Origin: a virus
Taxonomy: Duplodnaviria; Caudoviricetes
IMG/VR virus record: IMGVR_UViG_3300036964_000424
Coordinates: 1 to 64,000 of that record
Direction: 5' to 3' (one strand)
DNA length: 64,000 nucleotides
Part shown: in pieces, positions 1 to 10,639 of the stretch
Layout: the number at the start of each line of letters is the position of its first letter
Position numbering within the stretch: the first letter of the stretch is position 1
Notes under the pieces: generated by a model
What the model was told of the DNA's origin: nothing
The model's input: the letters and a program-made list of their open reading frames with translations, nothing else
The model's database searches: none
Made by a program: the position numbers and the translations under genes

Positions 1-817
1 TGCCAGCAGATATATTGACAGGATTGCCATCGAAAACAATAGCTTTTTTCGATTCGTCATAATCTTCAATGCTGGAAATTAATCGATTGCTGCATATCTG
101 GTTACCCCCAAGCGTTGTTCCAATTCCAATCGGTTGCCCAACTCTATAATAAGTTGCGGTTGCATTTGAAACAATAATCCTGTTTACTCCAGTCTCCGTT
201 ACTGTAGCTACATCAGCAGAACTGAATTTTCCATTCACCCATCCCATCATGATAGATTGACTGTTTAGCGTTGCAAATTCTACATAAAACAATGTTTGCA
301 GTAGATCAACGATCACGCCGTCAAGTTGCTGATATCCAACGCCGTTCGCCTTTGCATAATCACGAAATTGTACAATATTTTTACTAACCAGCGGAAATTT
401 TCCAGATTTGCTTTCCAGTTTCGTACCATCATCCGAAAGATTTGCGGTGTATTTGCCAATATCAACATATGGTAAAATTGTGCCCGTAGTATGGCGAAAG
501 CAATAGGGCAAATAGGCATTTCCAAAAGGCCTTTTCGAAATACGCCAAGTTCGGGCATTGCCTACTGCTGTTTTCTCAATATAAAATTTAGGGATACGAA
601 CAAACTCATTCCCATATGAATCTGTTACTTCTGTTATTTCTTTAAAAATTTCCGCATTATCAAAATCATTGCTAACAGGATTAGTATCAATCCCAGCATT
701 TGCAATCATTCCAACCGATGAATCTGTTCTAGTTAGAACTGGCGATTCGCCTCCATCCCACGATACTCCATATATTTTGGCAATATTCCTTAATAATAAT
801 AAGTTTCTATCTGCCAT
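1..817 (-). CDS. Phage structural/tail-associated protein, partial (runs off left edge; absent from ORF track)
   Basis: ATG at 817 after GGGGTG RBS; open frame to position 2 (MADRNLLLLRNIAKIYGVSWDGGESPVLTRTD...FVRIPKFY...LFYVEFATLNSQ); YGVSWD/VRIPKFY/VEFAT motifs are typical of phage tail-associated proteins. Confidence 0.65.
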   Translation of the reverse strand, partial: MADRNLLLLRNIAKIYGVSWDGGESPVLTRTDSSVGMIANAGIDTNPVSNDFDNAEIFKEITEVTDSYGNEFVRIPKFYIEKTAVGNARTWRISKRPFGNAYLPYCFRHTTGTILPYVDIGKYTANLSDDGTKLESKSGKFPLVSKNIVQFRDYAKANGVGYQQLDGVIVDLLQTLFYVEFATLNSQSIMMGWVNGKFSSADVATVTETGVNRIIVSNATATYYRVGQPIGIGTTLGGNQICSNRLISSIEDYDESKKAIVFDGNPVNISAG

Positions 818-824
818 ATCACCC

Positions 825-1589
825 CTAATTATTGTCCATAATAATTTTTATGCTATACTTTTCACTTACGCTAGCCGGCGTATAAGATGACAATGTTTCC
901 AGTGCTACCCATAATGATTTAGAATTAGGCTGGGCAATAACGGGTTGCCTTATTGTAGTAGTATCAGAAGATCGGCTACAGCTCCCACTAGTATCAGCAC
1001 TAGAAGACATACTAATCAAATCAAACGATCCAAGATTGTATGGCGTATCAATATAAGAATCAAGATAAGGCATATTATCACCAGATAACGTTACGGTTGA
1101 TGCGCTATAGAAATGTACTCTAAATGCAGGGTTAATGCCCGCTTTATTTGTAGAAAGATAGATTCCTGTAATATAGCCGCTTCCGCCATTTACCCTGAAT
1201 ATATTAGGAATTTCATAAGGCGTTATTACTGCTGACCCTGCACTAACTGTATCCCCTATGCTGTAAGCAACACTGCTTCCGCTGGTATTAGTAAATTCTA
1301 CGCTTCCTGATGAAAGTTTTCCTACTGTAACGCCAATAACCTCTTCGCCAGCACCTAAAACAACACTGCCGGTAATAAATGTACTGCCTGCAGAACCTGA
1401 AGTTCCACCTGCAATATTATATACCAAAGGCGCCAAAGTTAGATCATCTAAAATGCGATACCATTTTTGTTCATCAACTATATAAATAGACGCCCCTTTG
1501 TAAGAAGCATTTTCGACTTTCCCGTTCACTATATCGGTGCTGTAGGCTTGGTAGCTAACAGCATTCGAAGGTATGTACATTGCACTCAT
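825..1589 (-). CDS. Hypothetical Ser/Gly/Thr-rich protein, probably virion-associated
   Basis: 254-aa ORF, GGGAG RBS, beta-rich composition, same strand as neighbours. Confidence 0.55.
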   Translation of the reverse strand: MSAMYIPSNAVSYQAYSTDIVNGKVENASYKGASIYIVDEQKWYRILDDLTLAPLVYNIAGGTSGSAGSTFITGSVVLGAGEEVIGVTVGKLSSGSVEFTNTSGSSVAYSIGDTVSAGSAVITPYEIPNIFRVNGGSGYITGIYLSTNKAGINPAFRVHFYSASTVTLSGDNMPYLDSYIDTPYNLGSFDLISMSSSADTSGSCSRSSDTTTIRQPVIAQPNSKSLWVALETLSSYTPASVSEKYSIKIIMDNN

Positions 1590-1650
1590 AATTTATTCTC
1601 CCTTTCCCTCATCCTCATCTAAGGATTGTTTTTTTAATAAAACCGCCATT

Positions 1651-2700
1651 CTATTCCTCTACAAGGCCAGAATTTGCGACTAATTTAGATTTTTCAAGGT
1701 ATTCTTGCAAATTATTCAATTCATCCCATTCCCTATCCTTAACTTCTATATCAGAATACGTTGCAACCATTTTAGGATCCGACCAATCAAACAGCGATTG
1801 TATTAATTCGTCGGAAAACTTTAGTAATTTCAGCTTGGAGACAAGATTATGCCTCAAGCAATGAGGATAGAAAGGAACATCAATATACGATTGAATTTTG
1901 CTTACCCATCCCCTAGCAACAGATTCTTTTGCGGGATCCCCATTTTTATCAATAAATATAAACGTATGATTCTTATTGTGTTCTGATAATATTTTTTCTC
2001 TAATAGGAATCCATGCCTGATACTTATCCCAGAAAAGATCCTTGACAATATATTTTTTAGATAATTTCCCAAGTTTAGTTCTACCTTTGCTTTTTATCGG
2101 ATTTAATGTTTCCAGAAAAATCCCATTATATGCAAGATTGTTTAAACTAATATCTTCGGTAGTAAATCTAAGAAGTTCAGAAAACCTTGCACCGGAAGCT
2201 AATGCCAATGCTAACCAGCAAATTATTTGTGTTTCACCATCTTCTTCCAGCCTTGCAAATAAATAAGCAATTTGTTCATCTGACAAAACAGTTTTTTCTC
2301 GAATGGGATCTTTAGGGATAGTTTCCACCGTTGTAAGAACTATGTTTTTGAAGGAGGGATATTCTTCGTCAAAGAATTTTAGAATAAAATTAGAAAAAGA
2401 GCTCAAGCAAGATTTCATTCTGCGGTACCTCGCTCCAGACCACTTCAGTTCTTCTAAAGCATAAGAAAAGAACATACTAAGCTCTATTTTCTTGATATCT
2501 ACATAAAATTTGTTATTATTATATAGCAAATTATAAATAAAAAATATGTTTAAATCGCTTAAATAGCTAATAATAGTTTTATCGCTGCTCCGTGCATTCT
2601 TTTCTTTAAGAAACATATCCCTAAGCTCTATATTTTTAGGATTAACTTGCGCTAGTAATTCGGGGGTGACTATCACCTTCTTGTAAGTTTTACGTCCCAT
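1651..2700 (-). CDS. Tyrosine recombinase/integrase
   Basis: SGARFSEL (Arg), KSKGR, YPHCLRH (HxxR), Trp in place of second His (FDWSD), catalytic Tyr in MVATY. Confidence 0.9.
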   Translation of the reverse strand: MGRKTYKKVIVTPELLAQVNPKNIELRDMFLKEKNARSSDKTIISYLSDLNIFFIYNLLYNNNKFYVDIKKIELSMFFSYALEELKWSGARYRRMKSCLSSFSNFILKFFDEEYPSFKNIVLTTVETIPKDPIREKTVLSDEQIAYLFARLEEDGETQIICWLALALASGARFSELLRFTTEDISLNNLAYNGIFLETLNPIKSKGRTKLGKLSKKYIVKDLFWDKYQAWIPIREKILSEHNKNHTFIFIDKNGDPAKESVARGWVSKIQSYIDVPFYPHCLRHNLVSKLKLLKFSDELIQSLFDWSDPKMVATYSDIEVKDREWDELNNLQEYLEKSKLVANSGLVEE

Positions 2701-2723
2701 TCAATAATACCCCCTTTACTTTT

Positions 2724-3077
2724 TCAGATCACATCCTCTTCCCACTCATCCGTTTCTGTAGTTTCAGATTCGTCGCTTGCATCTATTCCAGATTCTTTAT
2801 AAATCTTTCGCAATGCATCGCCTGGTGTAATTACTAACCGTTTTTTGCCTTCTAGCATTTTTCTTTCTTTTGTATTAACATCATATCCCATATGCGGTTT
2901 AATAGTCGTCCCTTTTATGTCAAACATCCCCCTATATTTTAGTTCTGAATCTTCGGCTACAATTTCTCTAACTAATTTTTCAAATTCAATAAAAATATCT
3001 TTTGTATCTTTAATTGTAAACTCCGCTCTACGAGCGACTTCCCTAATTATATCTTCTCTAGTATATAATTTGTTCAT
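2724..3077 (-). CDS. HU/IHF-like DNA-binding protein
   Basis: TREDIIREVARRAEFTIKD...LKYRGMFDI...GYDVNTKE...ITPGDALRK matches HU pattern; acidic tail. Confidence 0.85.
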   Translation of the reverse strand: MNKLYTREDIIREVARRAEFTIKDTKDIFIEFEKLVREIVAEDSELKYRGMFDIKGTTIKPHMGYDVNTKERKMLEGKKRLVITPGDALRKIYKESGIDASDESETTETDEWEEDVI

Positions 3078-3106
3078 GGTATTATCCTATCCTTTTTTTA
3101 TTCCCC

Positions 3107-3200
3107 TTCATTAAGCCACGCGCAGCAACTGATTACATCTGCTTATTTTTAACATTTTGCTTTCCTATTCATTAACCCACGCGCAGCAACTGATTACATC
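3107..3200. repeat. Two copies of a 33-bp direct repeat (3107-3139, 3168-3200)
   Basis: TTCATTAA(G/C)CCACGCGCAGCAACTGATTACATC, one mismatch, 28-bp spacer. Confidence 0.95.
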
Positions 3201-3205
3201 CTTCA

Positions 3206-3952
3206 TTATTTATCTTTAACCCTATATCTTCTAACATTATTTTTTACATCCTCCCGCCTTTTTTCCTTATAGCAATTAGGGCAGAGGTTATGGTTTTTAT
3301 GATTGTTTTCTATAATGGCACCGCAGTTAGCACAAATTTTAGGATAATAGTCTATAATATTATTTAAGCTTTTTATTGTTACAAATTTTTCCGAATTTTC
3401 ATCAATAAAATTTACTTTGAAGCATCCTGTAGGAAGTGTGGTTATTAATCCGCTTTGATCTATTTTATATAGGATGCGTTTCCTTTCGTTTTTGCTAACA
3501 TTCACTTTAGCCATTTTTAAGATATTTATAAAACTGCAAGATGATACATAATAGCTTTTATCTTCTACATTTTTATTATCTCCGTCATGGTTATATTTTA
3601 AATATTTCGAAATAACTGCCATTACAAATAAAACTTTCCTTATTTTATATTCTTCAAAGGTATTTATTGATTCAATTTCTTTTTTAGTAATGCTAATCGC
3701 GGCATCCTTCTTAATCTTATATTTTTTAGAAATACGCACTGCATCCGCTATTTTTTTTCTAGATAGAATTTCATTGAAATCTTCATCATATTCTTTGCAA
3801 AAAGAAATCAGCGATTCTTTTATTTCCCTATCATTTTTATTTTTTTCATCCCTAAAATATTTCGCTAAAATAATTAATTCTTCGAATTTTATAAAACAAA
3901 AGAATCCATTCTCAAGTAGTTCTTCGGCTCGTTCTTTCTCATAGAATATCAT
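3206..3952 (-). CDS. Hypothetical protein with C-terminal Zn-ribbon and basic helix
   Basis: CANC...CPNC followed by KEKRREDVKNNVRRYR; directly downstream of the RNAP gene. Confidence 0.7.
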   Translation of the reverse strand: MIFYEKERAEELLENGFFCFIKFEELIILAKYFRDEKNKNDREIKESLISFCKEYDEDFNEILSRKKIADAVRISKKYKIKKDAAISITKKEIESINTFEEYKIRKVLFVMAVISKYLKYNHDGDNKNVEDKSYYVSSCSFINILKMAKVNVSKNERKRILYKIDQSGLITTLPTGCFKVNFIDENSEKFVTIKSLNNIIDYYPKICANCGAIIENNHKNHNLCPNCYKEKRREDVKNNVRRYRVKDK

Positions 3953-3973
3953 TTGCTGATTTTACCCATTTAT

Positions 3974-5110
3974 TTACATCGCCCAATCATCTATATAGTT
4001 ATCTGTTATATAAATTTTGCGTTTAGAATACTTTTTACCCAGATAGCTAATTGATCCATTTTCGTCTAGAAAAGGTATTTCGATATCTTTTTGTTTATTT
4101 GCTTTTATATTTTCAATAATGCCATCTCCAAAAACCAGCCAAGCAAAAGATTTATTGTCATTAGGATGCAGTTCATAGCATATAACTACCGCCAAAGAAG
4201 CTAATTCTTTTATATTAGAAGAAATCAATAAGGCTTCTTGCCGAATATATTTGCAATATTGTTCAATAGTTTTAAATCTTCTTTCTCCATCAATATCTTT
4301 TATTGAATCAAAATTTCTCCTCCCCGATTTATATTTCTTATATAGCACATAAAGCTTATCTAATTTATCTTTATCTATTTCAAAATTTCTATCTTTTAAT
4401 ATTTTTGCATTAAATTCTTTACTTCTGGATCTTCCCAAACCTTTTATTTCTTTTATTTCCCCTTGCATATAGTTAGAAATATTGTTTGTAATGCAGTTTG
4501 TTTCCACCAGTGGGTTATATCGATTAAATTGATCAATAAAAGCTTTCTGATCTTTTGTTAGTTCTGATTCTTCCAAAGATAATAATTCATCCAAGAATAA
4601 GCAAAACTTAGCTTGGGAGTATGTATCATAATTTTCCCGATATCGCTTATATTCTTTAGAATAATTGCTATATACATCAACCATAAATTTAGGGCGTTTA
4701 GAAACAATAATTCTATTATTAAATTCTGCAATTTCCCTTTCCTCCTCACTCATATCTTCAGTTATTTTTGACCAATTTGTCCAATGCGAAGGGATTGACC
4801 TAATAACCAATCCTTTCGTTGCATCTATAATAGCCCCTTGTTCTTTCCGGCATTGCTTTAGCCTTCTAATGATTCCATTATATTCTTTACTGTTTTCTTC
4901 AAACATTGGCAGCATAGCATACATTGTTGTACTAAGGTTAGTTAGGAATCCTACTTTCGTATTGAATCCGTTCATATCAGCCTTATACAATTCGGATTCT
5001 ACTATATTGCATTCGGGTGCCTTTTTTGTTTCATACATTATTGGTAATCCGCCATAGGCTCCATTGATAATATCTTTTTGATCTGTTAGGCATATTATAT
5101 CACCATCATA
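3974..5110 (-). CDS. YonO-like RNA polymerase, exon 2
   Basis: Begins TAT GAT GGT GAT (YDGD); contains GFNTKVGFLTN and QGAIIDATKG motifs of the cellular RdRP/YonO family. Confidence 0.85.
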   Translation of the reverse strand, partial: YDGDIICLTDQKDIINGAYGGLPIMYETKKAPECNIVESELYKADMNGFNTKVGFLTNLSTTMYAMLPMFEENSKEYNGIIRRLKQCRKEQGAIIDATKGLVIRSIPSHWTNWSKITEDMSEEEREIAEFNNRIIVSKRPKFMVDVYSNYSKEYKRYRENYDTYSQAKFCLFLDELLSLEESELTKDQKAFIDQFNRYNPLVETNCITNNISNYMQGEIKEIKGLGRSRSKEFNAKILKDRNFEIDKDKLDKLYVLYKKYKSGRRNFDSIKDIDGERRFKTIEQYCKYIRQEALLISSNIKELASLAVVICYELHPNDNKSFAWLVFGDGIIENIKANKQKDIEIPFLDENGSISYLGKKYSKRKIYITDNYIDDWAM

Positions 5111-5416
5111 CCTTTTTGTTAGCTTATAGTTTCCTATAAGAGCAGAGCACATCTTTACCCAATATCCTTGGGTATTCGGCGCTTCTCAATCAGGAATTTC
5201 ACCTGAAAGATACTCCATTACGGATGCTCGTTTCACTTTTTCTTTTTTCAAGAACTAGCACAGGATTATCACCGACATTACTCGCTGCGACTTCCCCTGT
5301 TAGCATAACTTCTATTTGCCATTTCCTGCAAATCCTAAACGTAAGTTATACACCCCAGATTTCTGGGTTCACCGAATTTTCATTTATGCATTACTGCATA
5401 ACGAGACTCTTGAGGA
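5111..5416 (-). ncRNA. Group I intron (306 nt, no ORF) in RNA polymerase gene
   Basis: 5' exon ends in U (GAT) and can pair with GTCT in P1; P3 ATTCGGTG/CGCCGAAT; P7 GAGCA/TGCTC with AAAGATG J8/7; terminal G at 5111; removal restores GGAD-YDGD in frame. Confidence 0.85.
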
Positions 5417-7033
5417 ATCTGCGCCGCCTAACACTGCCATGTCCATCCCATTAGCAGGGAAAACACAGCAACAATTTAGATATTTGAGCCAATGTTTGAT
5501 ATCATCATTAGTTTTAAGATTCATGACATTTACTTCTGAACGCCAAACCAATGGCGACCTCATGCCAGCAATCTTATTTATCCCTCGATCTAGCCAATAT
5601 TTGCAATAATATTCCCCTCTTTCTAATAATCCTTTGACGGGCATCCCAAATATGTGTTCAAGCATTGCAATGGGATCCGCCGCCATAAAGGTGTAATTCC
5701 CATTAACTATAATATTGCCAATATAAGATTCTTTTATTCTTTTTCTTATAGAATTTTGAATATATCCTTGGATATAAGGATCATTAATAAGATTATTATT
5801 TAATATTATCGCTTTTGCTACATTATCGCCTATCCTTTCAAAAATGTGTTCATCATAATTTTCATCGCATAAGTCGCCTAGCAAATATAGCAGCGTATAA
5901 TCTAATGTGTTGCTGATTATGTTTCTGAAATATTCTATTGTTTTTTTGCATAGGGATTTTATGCCTTGATCGTTTAAGTTTAATGCTTGAATAAATTGAT
6001 AGTTTAATGTTACATGATTTTTTTCTTGTTTCGGAGCATATCTGGTTACCCCCCATCCTATATTATTTTTTTTGCAATTTTCTATATAGGATTTTATATT
6101 ATCAAATGCATTATATAATTTGAATTGAGATGCAGATAGTATTACATCCATATCGCGGATATTTACCTTATCCCCATAAACATCTTCAATTATGTGCTTT
6201 CCGATATAATCCGAATATTCAACAAAATCTACTACAACTAATAATCCTTTTATGAAATTTGATCTGACAATAAAACAGCTTGGAATATAATCTAAATCTA
6301 AATCTGCCGCCCATTGCATAGCCATTCTAGGGCTAATCAATCCTTGCCCATCAAATAGATTAAACTTTATTTCCTTTTCAGTTTCTTCAATTTTGTCGTC
6401 TCCGCTTGGATCTTCTTCTATCCACTCAACCCTTTCTTTTCTTTTAACTTCACAATCTTTTACAACACAAAATAATGGGGTTGTTACTGGTAATGCAGTG
6501 GAGGAGGCTAATGCAAAATAAGCATTAAATTTAGCTGGAACCAAAGGGATATCTTTTCTACCGTTATTCAAGATTTTTTTTAAATCAGCTTCTATATCAG
6601 AATCTACAAGCAGAACATTGTTCCTTCTGGCTTGCCCTGCACTGCACATCAACCTTACATATTTTTTACCGTTTATATACAATCCATTTTCTATAATTTT
6701 AGTATAGTGCCTATTATCTTCTACTACCAGACTGACAATTTCAGGCACAAATAATATTGCATCAATTTCTTTTTCTATTTCATATAAGTTTATTGAACTA
6801 TCTGATCTCCTCCTAGCATTATGCTTTTGATCTAATAATTTTTTTAGTCGTTCTTCATAATTATTTCTGCCGGTAATATCCCTTAAGCTGCGAAGCATCT
6901 GGGAATCCCCTATAGCAACAAGTTCGCCATTTTCCCTAGCACGATCTATATCAAGTTGTATATTTAATTTGTCTTGGATCACCCTGCTGCTATTTAACTT
7001 GAAAATATAAAATTGTTGCAGCTTCTTAGCCAT
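5417..7033 (-). CDS. YonO-like RNA polymerase, exon 1 (spliced product 917 aa)
   Basis: SAGQAR, FDGQGLIS, FIKGLL, RSP and LGGAD motifs of the double-psi-barrel RdRP/YonO family. Confidence 0.85.
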
Positions 7034-7037
7034 CTAA

Positions 7038-7280
7038 TTACCTATCATAATCATTATCGGAATTTTCTTCATACTTTTCCCATTCTGTAGGCTCCCCATA
7101 ATCTAACAACGTATCAGTATATTTATTATAACTGAACTCACTCCATTTATCATTTATCACTTCTTCTCTTTCTTCCATTTCATTCTCTTTGTATATTTCA
7201 CAATAATCATAATATTTAACGAATTGTTTAATAAAAGGAGTGCATATATCATTAAAAACACAATTTCTGCACCCTGACAA
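7038..7280 (-). CDS. Small Cys-containing hypothetical protein
   Basis: 80-aa ORF with AAAGGAG RBS, directly upstream of RNAP. Confidence 0.6.
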   Translation of the reverse strand: MSGCRNCVFNDICTPFIKQFVKYYDYCEIYKENEMEEREEVINDKWSEFSYNKYTDTLLDYGEPTEWEKYEENSDNDYDR

Positions 7281-7486
7281 AATAAATCTCCTTTCTAATC
7301 CAGTATGCTAATTATGGATTATCTAACCTTTCCCTTTTGCATTATCTTTTCCAATTTCATCAATATTTATCTTCTCCCTTCATTCATATTAGTTGATTAG
7401 GATATATTGGCTTGCATAAGCTATGTATTGCTGCCCTATATATTCCTAATTTTACTGAAGAAAAGTATTTATCACCTTCATGCATA

Positions 7487-7515
7487 ACTATAACATATTT
7501 TAGCAACATTGTCAA
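7487..7515 (-). promoter_or_regulatory. sigma70/sigmaA-type promoter toward the RNAP operon
   Basis: TTGACA-17 bp-TATAGT on minus strand. Confidence 0.7.
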
Positions 7516-8062
7516 TACCCAATTTTCTATTTAGTACAATTTCTTATAAAATTCTTATTTTGATATCCTAGCTAATATGCAATGCCAGTTTTATGCTTGC
7601 ATAGTTCAATATAATAAGTATTACCCTTCTTAGCCAATATGCTTTAGCACAAGAAAACGTTTAGCATAAGATACTTTTATTTATTATTTATTTTTAAAAA
7701 TAATTGCTTCCATAACACTGAATGATCTAATTCTATCTTAAGTTATAAGGCAATAAATATAGTAGCACTAGAAGGCTATTGGCTAATAAGGTATTGTGCT
7801 TTATAGCCTTGCACGGTTCCTATGCTGTATTTTATTATCCTAGTTATATGCCTTTTTTATATTTGTAGCATAGGAAAGAAGAAAAGGATGATTACTCCTT
7901 ATGCTATGATCTATAGAAACTGAAGCATTGTTCTTTGATCAAAAGGGAAAAGCAAAAGAACTTGTAGCACGGAGGCGCTTTATTAATAAGGCGCTCCTTT
8001 TATTATATTCAAGCCTTATTAATTTTTTTTTTTAAGTTTCTTCTTTTAATTAATATATATAT

Positions 8063-8513
8063 AAGTTAATATATATACCTATTTTTTAAAAATATATATT
8101 AATATATATTTTTAAAAAATAGGTATATATATATATTTTAATTTAATTTAAATATCTTTATATTAATATATATATTAATTTAATTTAAAAATACTTAAAT
8201 TAATATATTAATTTAACTTAAATATATTAATATTAATTTAATATTAATTAAATTTAATTAAATTAAATATACCTATTATAAAAAAAAATATATATTTAAA
8301 TATATATTTTTTTTTATAATAGGTATTAATAATTATTTATATTTATTTTTTTATATTTAAATATAAAAAAATAAATATAAATAATTCATTAACTAGTGTA
8401 TATAGTTAATATATATTTAAGTTAATATATATAGCTATTTTTTTTAAAATGTTTAATACATTTTAAAAAAAATAGCTATATATCTTTTAATATTAATATA
8501 TATTAATATTAAT
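8063..8513. repeat. Cluster of long AT-rich palindromes
   Basis: Perfect palindromes 8069-8132 (64 bp), 8269-8326 (58 bp), 8331-8386 (56 bp); hairpin 8427-8483 with 5-nt loop. Confidence 0.95.
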
Positions 8514-10353
8514 AGCATTTCTTCATTTTTTTATCCCCTCTATTCGTAGTCGCACTTCATTAACCCCTTCTCCATTTCATCATTAGCCTTTTATGGGATC
8601 CTATCCCTTATATATTCACTTCACCTTCTATTATGCTAAATTGTTTACCCTTCACTATGCATGAGTATCTATTCTGCACTAACCCACCTATTGAAATATC
8701 TACTTTCTATGCAAGATGAATATCTACCGCCAAGGATCTATGCTAATCTACTATTCCCTTGCATTTGCAATCTTACCCTTATTCAATCTACACCCTTTCT
8801 AATGCTAAACTATCTAATAAGAATTATTATCAATTATATCTTATCCTTACTGTATTCATAATCATTTTCTATCTGCACATATCTATTTTCATTTATATCT
8901 ATTCTTTCCAGTGCAAGCAATCCTTACCGCTTATTTTCATCCACCCCCCCCTTTATCCATTATCTTTGATTTTTTGATCATGCTAACTTCATTTATTGTC
9001 TATTCCTATTTGACGGATATTATCTTATTTTTATAAATCTACCTATTCTATCATTTTATGCTGATTTTAGCCTTATCCTAGGTGCACACAAATATCTTCC
9101 TGTTTTACTATGCTTAGCCGACTTGTATGCACGCGAAGCATAGTTTCCTACTATCCATCATTATCCTACTTTACGCTTGCTAATCGTGAACACTATCGGT
9201 ATTTTTTGTGATGATTTAAGTTAATTTGAATTTTAGCTTAAATTTAAAGGCATTTTTATGGACTAGCTTGATGAGCTATATGCCGGCTTCGCCGGTTTTT
9301 GGGGTCGGAATATGTAAAATAGGGGGTGTCTGTAATAGCCGTAGGTTACGATTATTATAGATATAATCATAACCTAGAAGGCTAAAAATCCATTGAAAAA
9401 TAAAAAATCCTTATTATTTTTTTATTTTATTCATTTTTTTTGTATTCCAGGATTGATTTTTCCGGATATCCGGAAGCTTCCGGCGGAAGCTGGCGTAACG
9501 CTTGATTACACGCGGCTTAACATGACGGCTGTCGGGGCTGTCTTGGTTCGTATATAAGCTAATAGCTTACCTAATCAACTAATCGCTTATCTTATTAACT
9601 AATCATCGGTTCCATGCGGCTAACAGTTCCTGCTTATGCGTCTCCGTCACCTTCCGGATATCCCAATCGTTTTAGCTTATGCATGGGCTGGATCGATATT
9701 GAATTTTATTTTTAGATTTCCTGTCACCTTCCGGCGGTTAGCGTCTTTATTCCTTCTGGCGTCAAGCTGGCGGCTGGCGGTATGCGCTGCTTACTCGTGG
9801 CTATATGTTCTGGCGGCTGATGATTTGATTTCGGGTTTCTGATTTTTTTTGATACGCTGATTGATTAGCGGAATACAATTATCGGTTTAGTTTGTCGGAT
9901 ATACGCGGGATCTTATCGCTGACGTTGTGCATGCGGCGGCGGGTGGCGGCGTCTGGTGCTTGTCGCTGTATCCGTCGGTTTCCGTCTGCTGGTTCCGTCA
10001 CCTGGTCTTTATAGCTTCCGGCGTTCCGGCTAATATCGTTGGCGGTTGGCGTCTGGTCTATGGCGGCGCTGGTGCTTGTGTTTTATGCATGGCAACGGAT
10101 ATCTTCCGGCGGCTGGTTATCGGCTGTGCTTGGGCGTGTCTTTCCGGCCTTGCGGGTTCCACTCGTGGCGGTTGGCGGTGTCTGCTGTGGCGGCATTCTA
10201 TGCATGGTGCGGGCGGATATCTTTTTGAATTTGGAATTATAGGAATATATGCAATTCGTTGCAATTGCAAGGAATACTACAATTTTTATTACAGTTTCCG
10301 TTTCCAGTTCCGGCTGGGTGCGGCGGTGGATCTATACGGTGCTTTATCTATAC

Positions 10354-10418
10354 ATGACGAAAGTCACCTAAAAAATATGTAATATATCAGTGTTTTATTT
10401 TATAGGTTGGGGTAAACT
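10354..10418 (+). promoter_or_regulatory. Early promoter with TGAC-N4-RTCAC box (related copies at 12639-12694, 16599-16664, 17232-17274)
   Basis: ATGACGAAAGTCAC, ATCA(C/G) 23 bp after GTCAC, GGTAAACTTA -10 region. Confidence 0.6.
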
Positions 10419-10459
10419 TAGATTATGAAATTCAATTTTACTTTTTTGGGAGGTTTATT

Positions 10460-10627
10460 ATGGCTAGGCGTAAAGTTTTTATAGTCGGTTTCCTCAACGA
10501 ATGGGGGAATATTGTTGAATTATTCAAGGGTTCAGAGGCGGAATGTGAGGGATTTTTGGAAAATTTTTTGAAGTTGGAGCATTGGCCGAAATGGGTCATT
10601 GACGAACCGGTTATATTTCCGGCTTGA
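10460..10627 (+). CDS. Small hypothetical protein (55 aa, absent from ORF track)
   Basis: GGGAGG RBS, ATG 10460, TGA 10627. Confidence 0.55.
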   Translation: MARRKVFIVGFLNEWGNIVELFKGSEAECEGFLENFLKLEHWPKWVIDEPVIFPA

Positions 10628-10639
10628 CTAATTAATCAA

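Noticed and set aside
3107-3200. CRISPR array
   Set aside because: Only two repeats, no typical repeat terminus or palindrome, no cas operon; kept as an unexplained repeat.
3974-5152. Independent 392-aa gene starting at MCSAL
   Set aside because: The first 14 codons lie inside the intron; this is exon 2 of the RNAP.
8661-8977. Two plus-strand ORFs
   Set aside because: Low-complexity pyrimidine-rich sequence, no RBS.
9636-10382. ORFs 9636-9842, 9927-10382 and overlaps
   Set aside because: No RBS; Gly/Ala/Cys/Trp-rich translation reflects the GGCGG motif rather than a protein.
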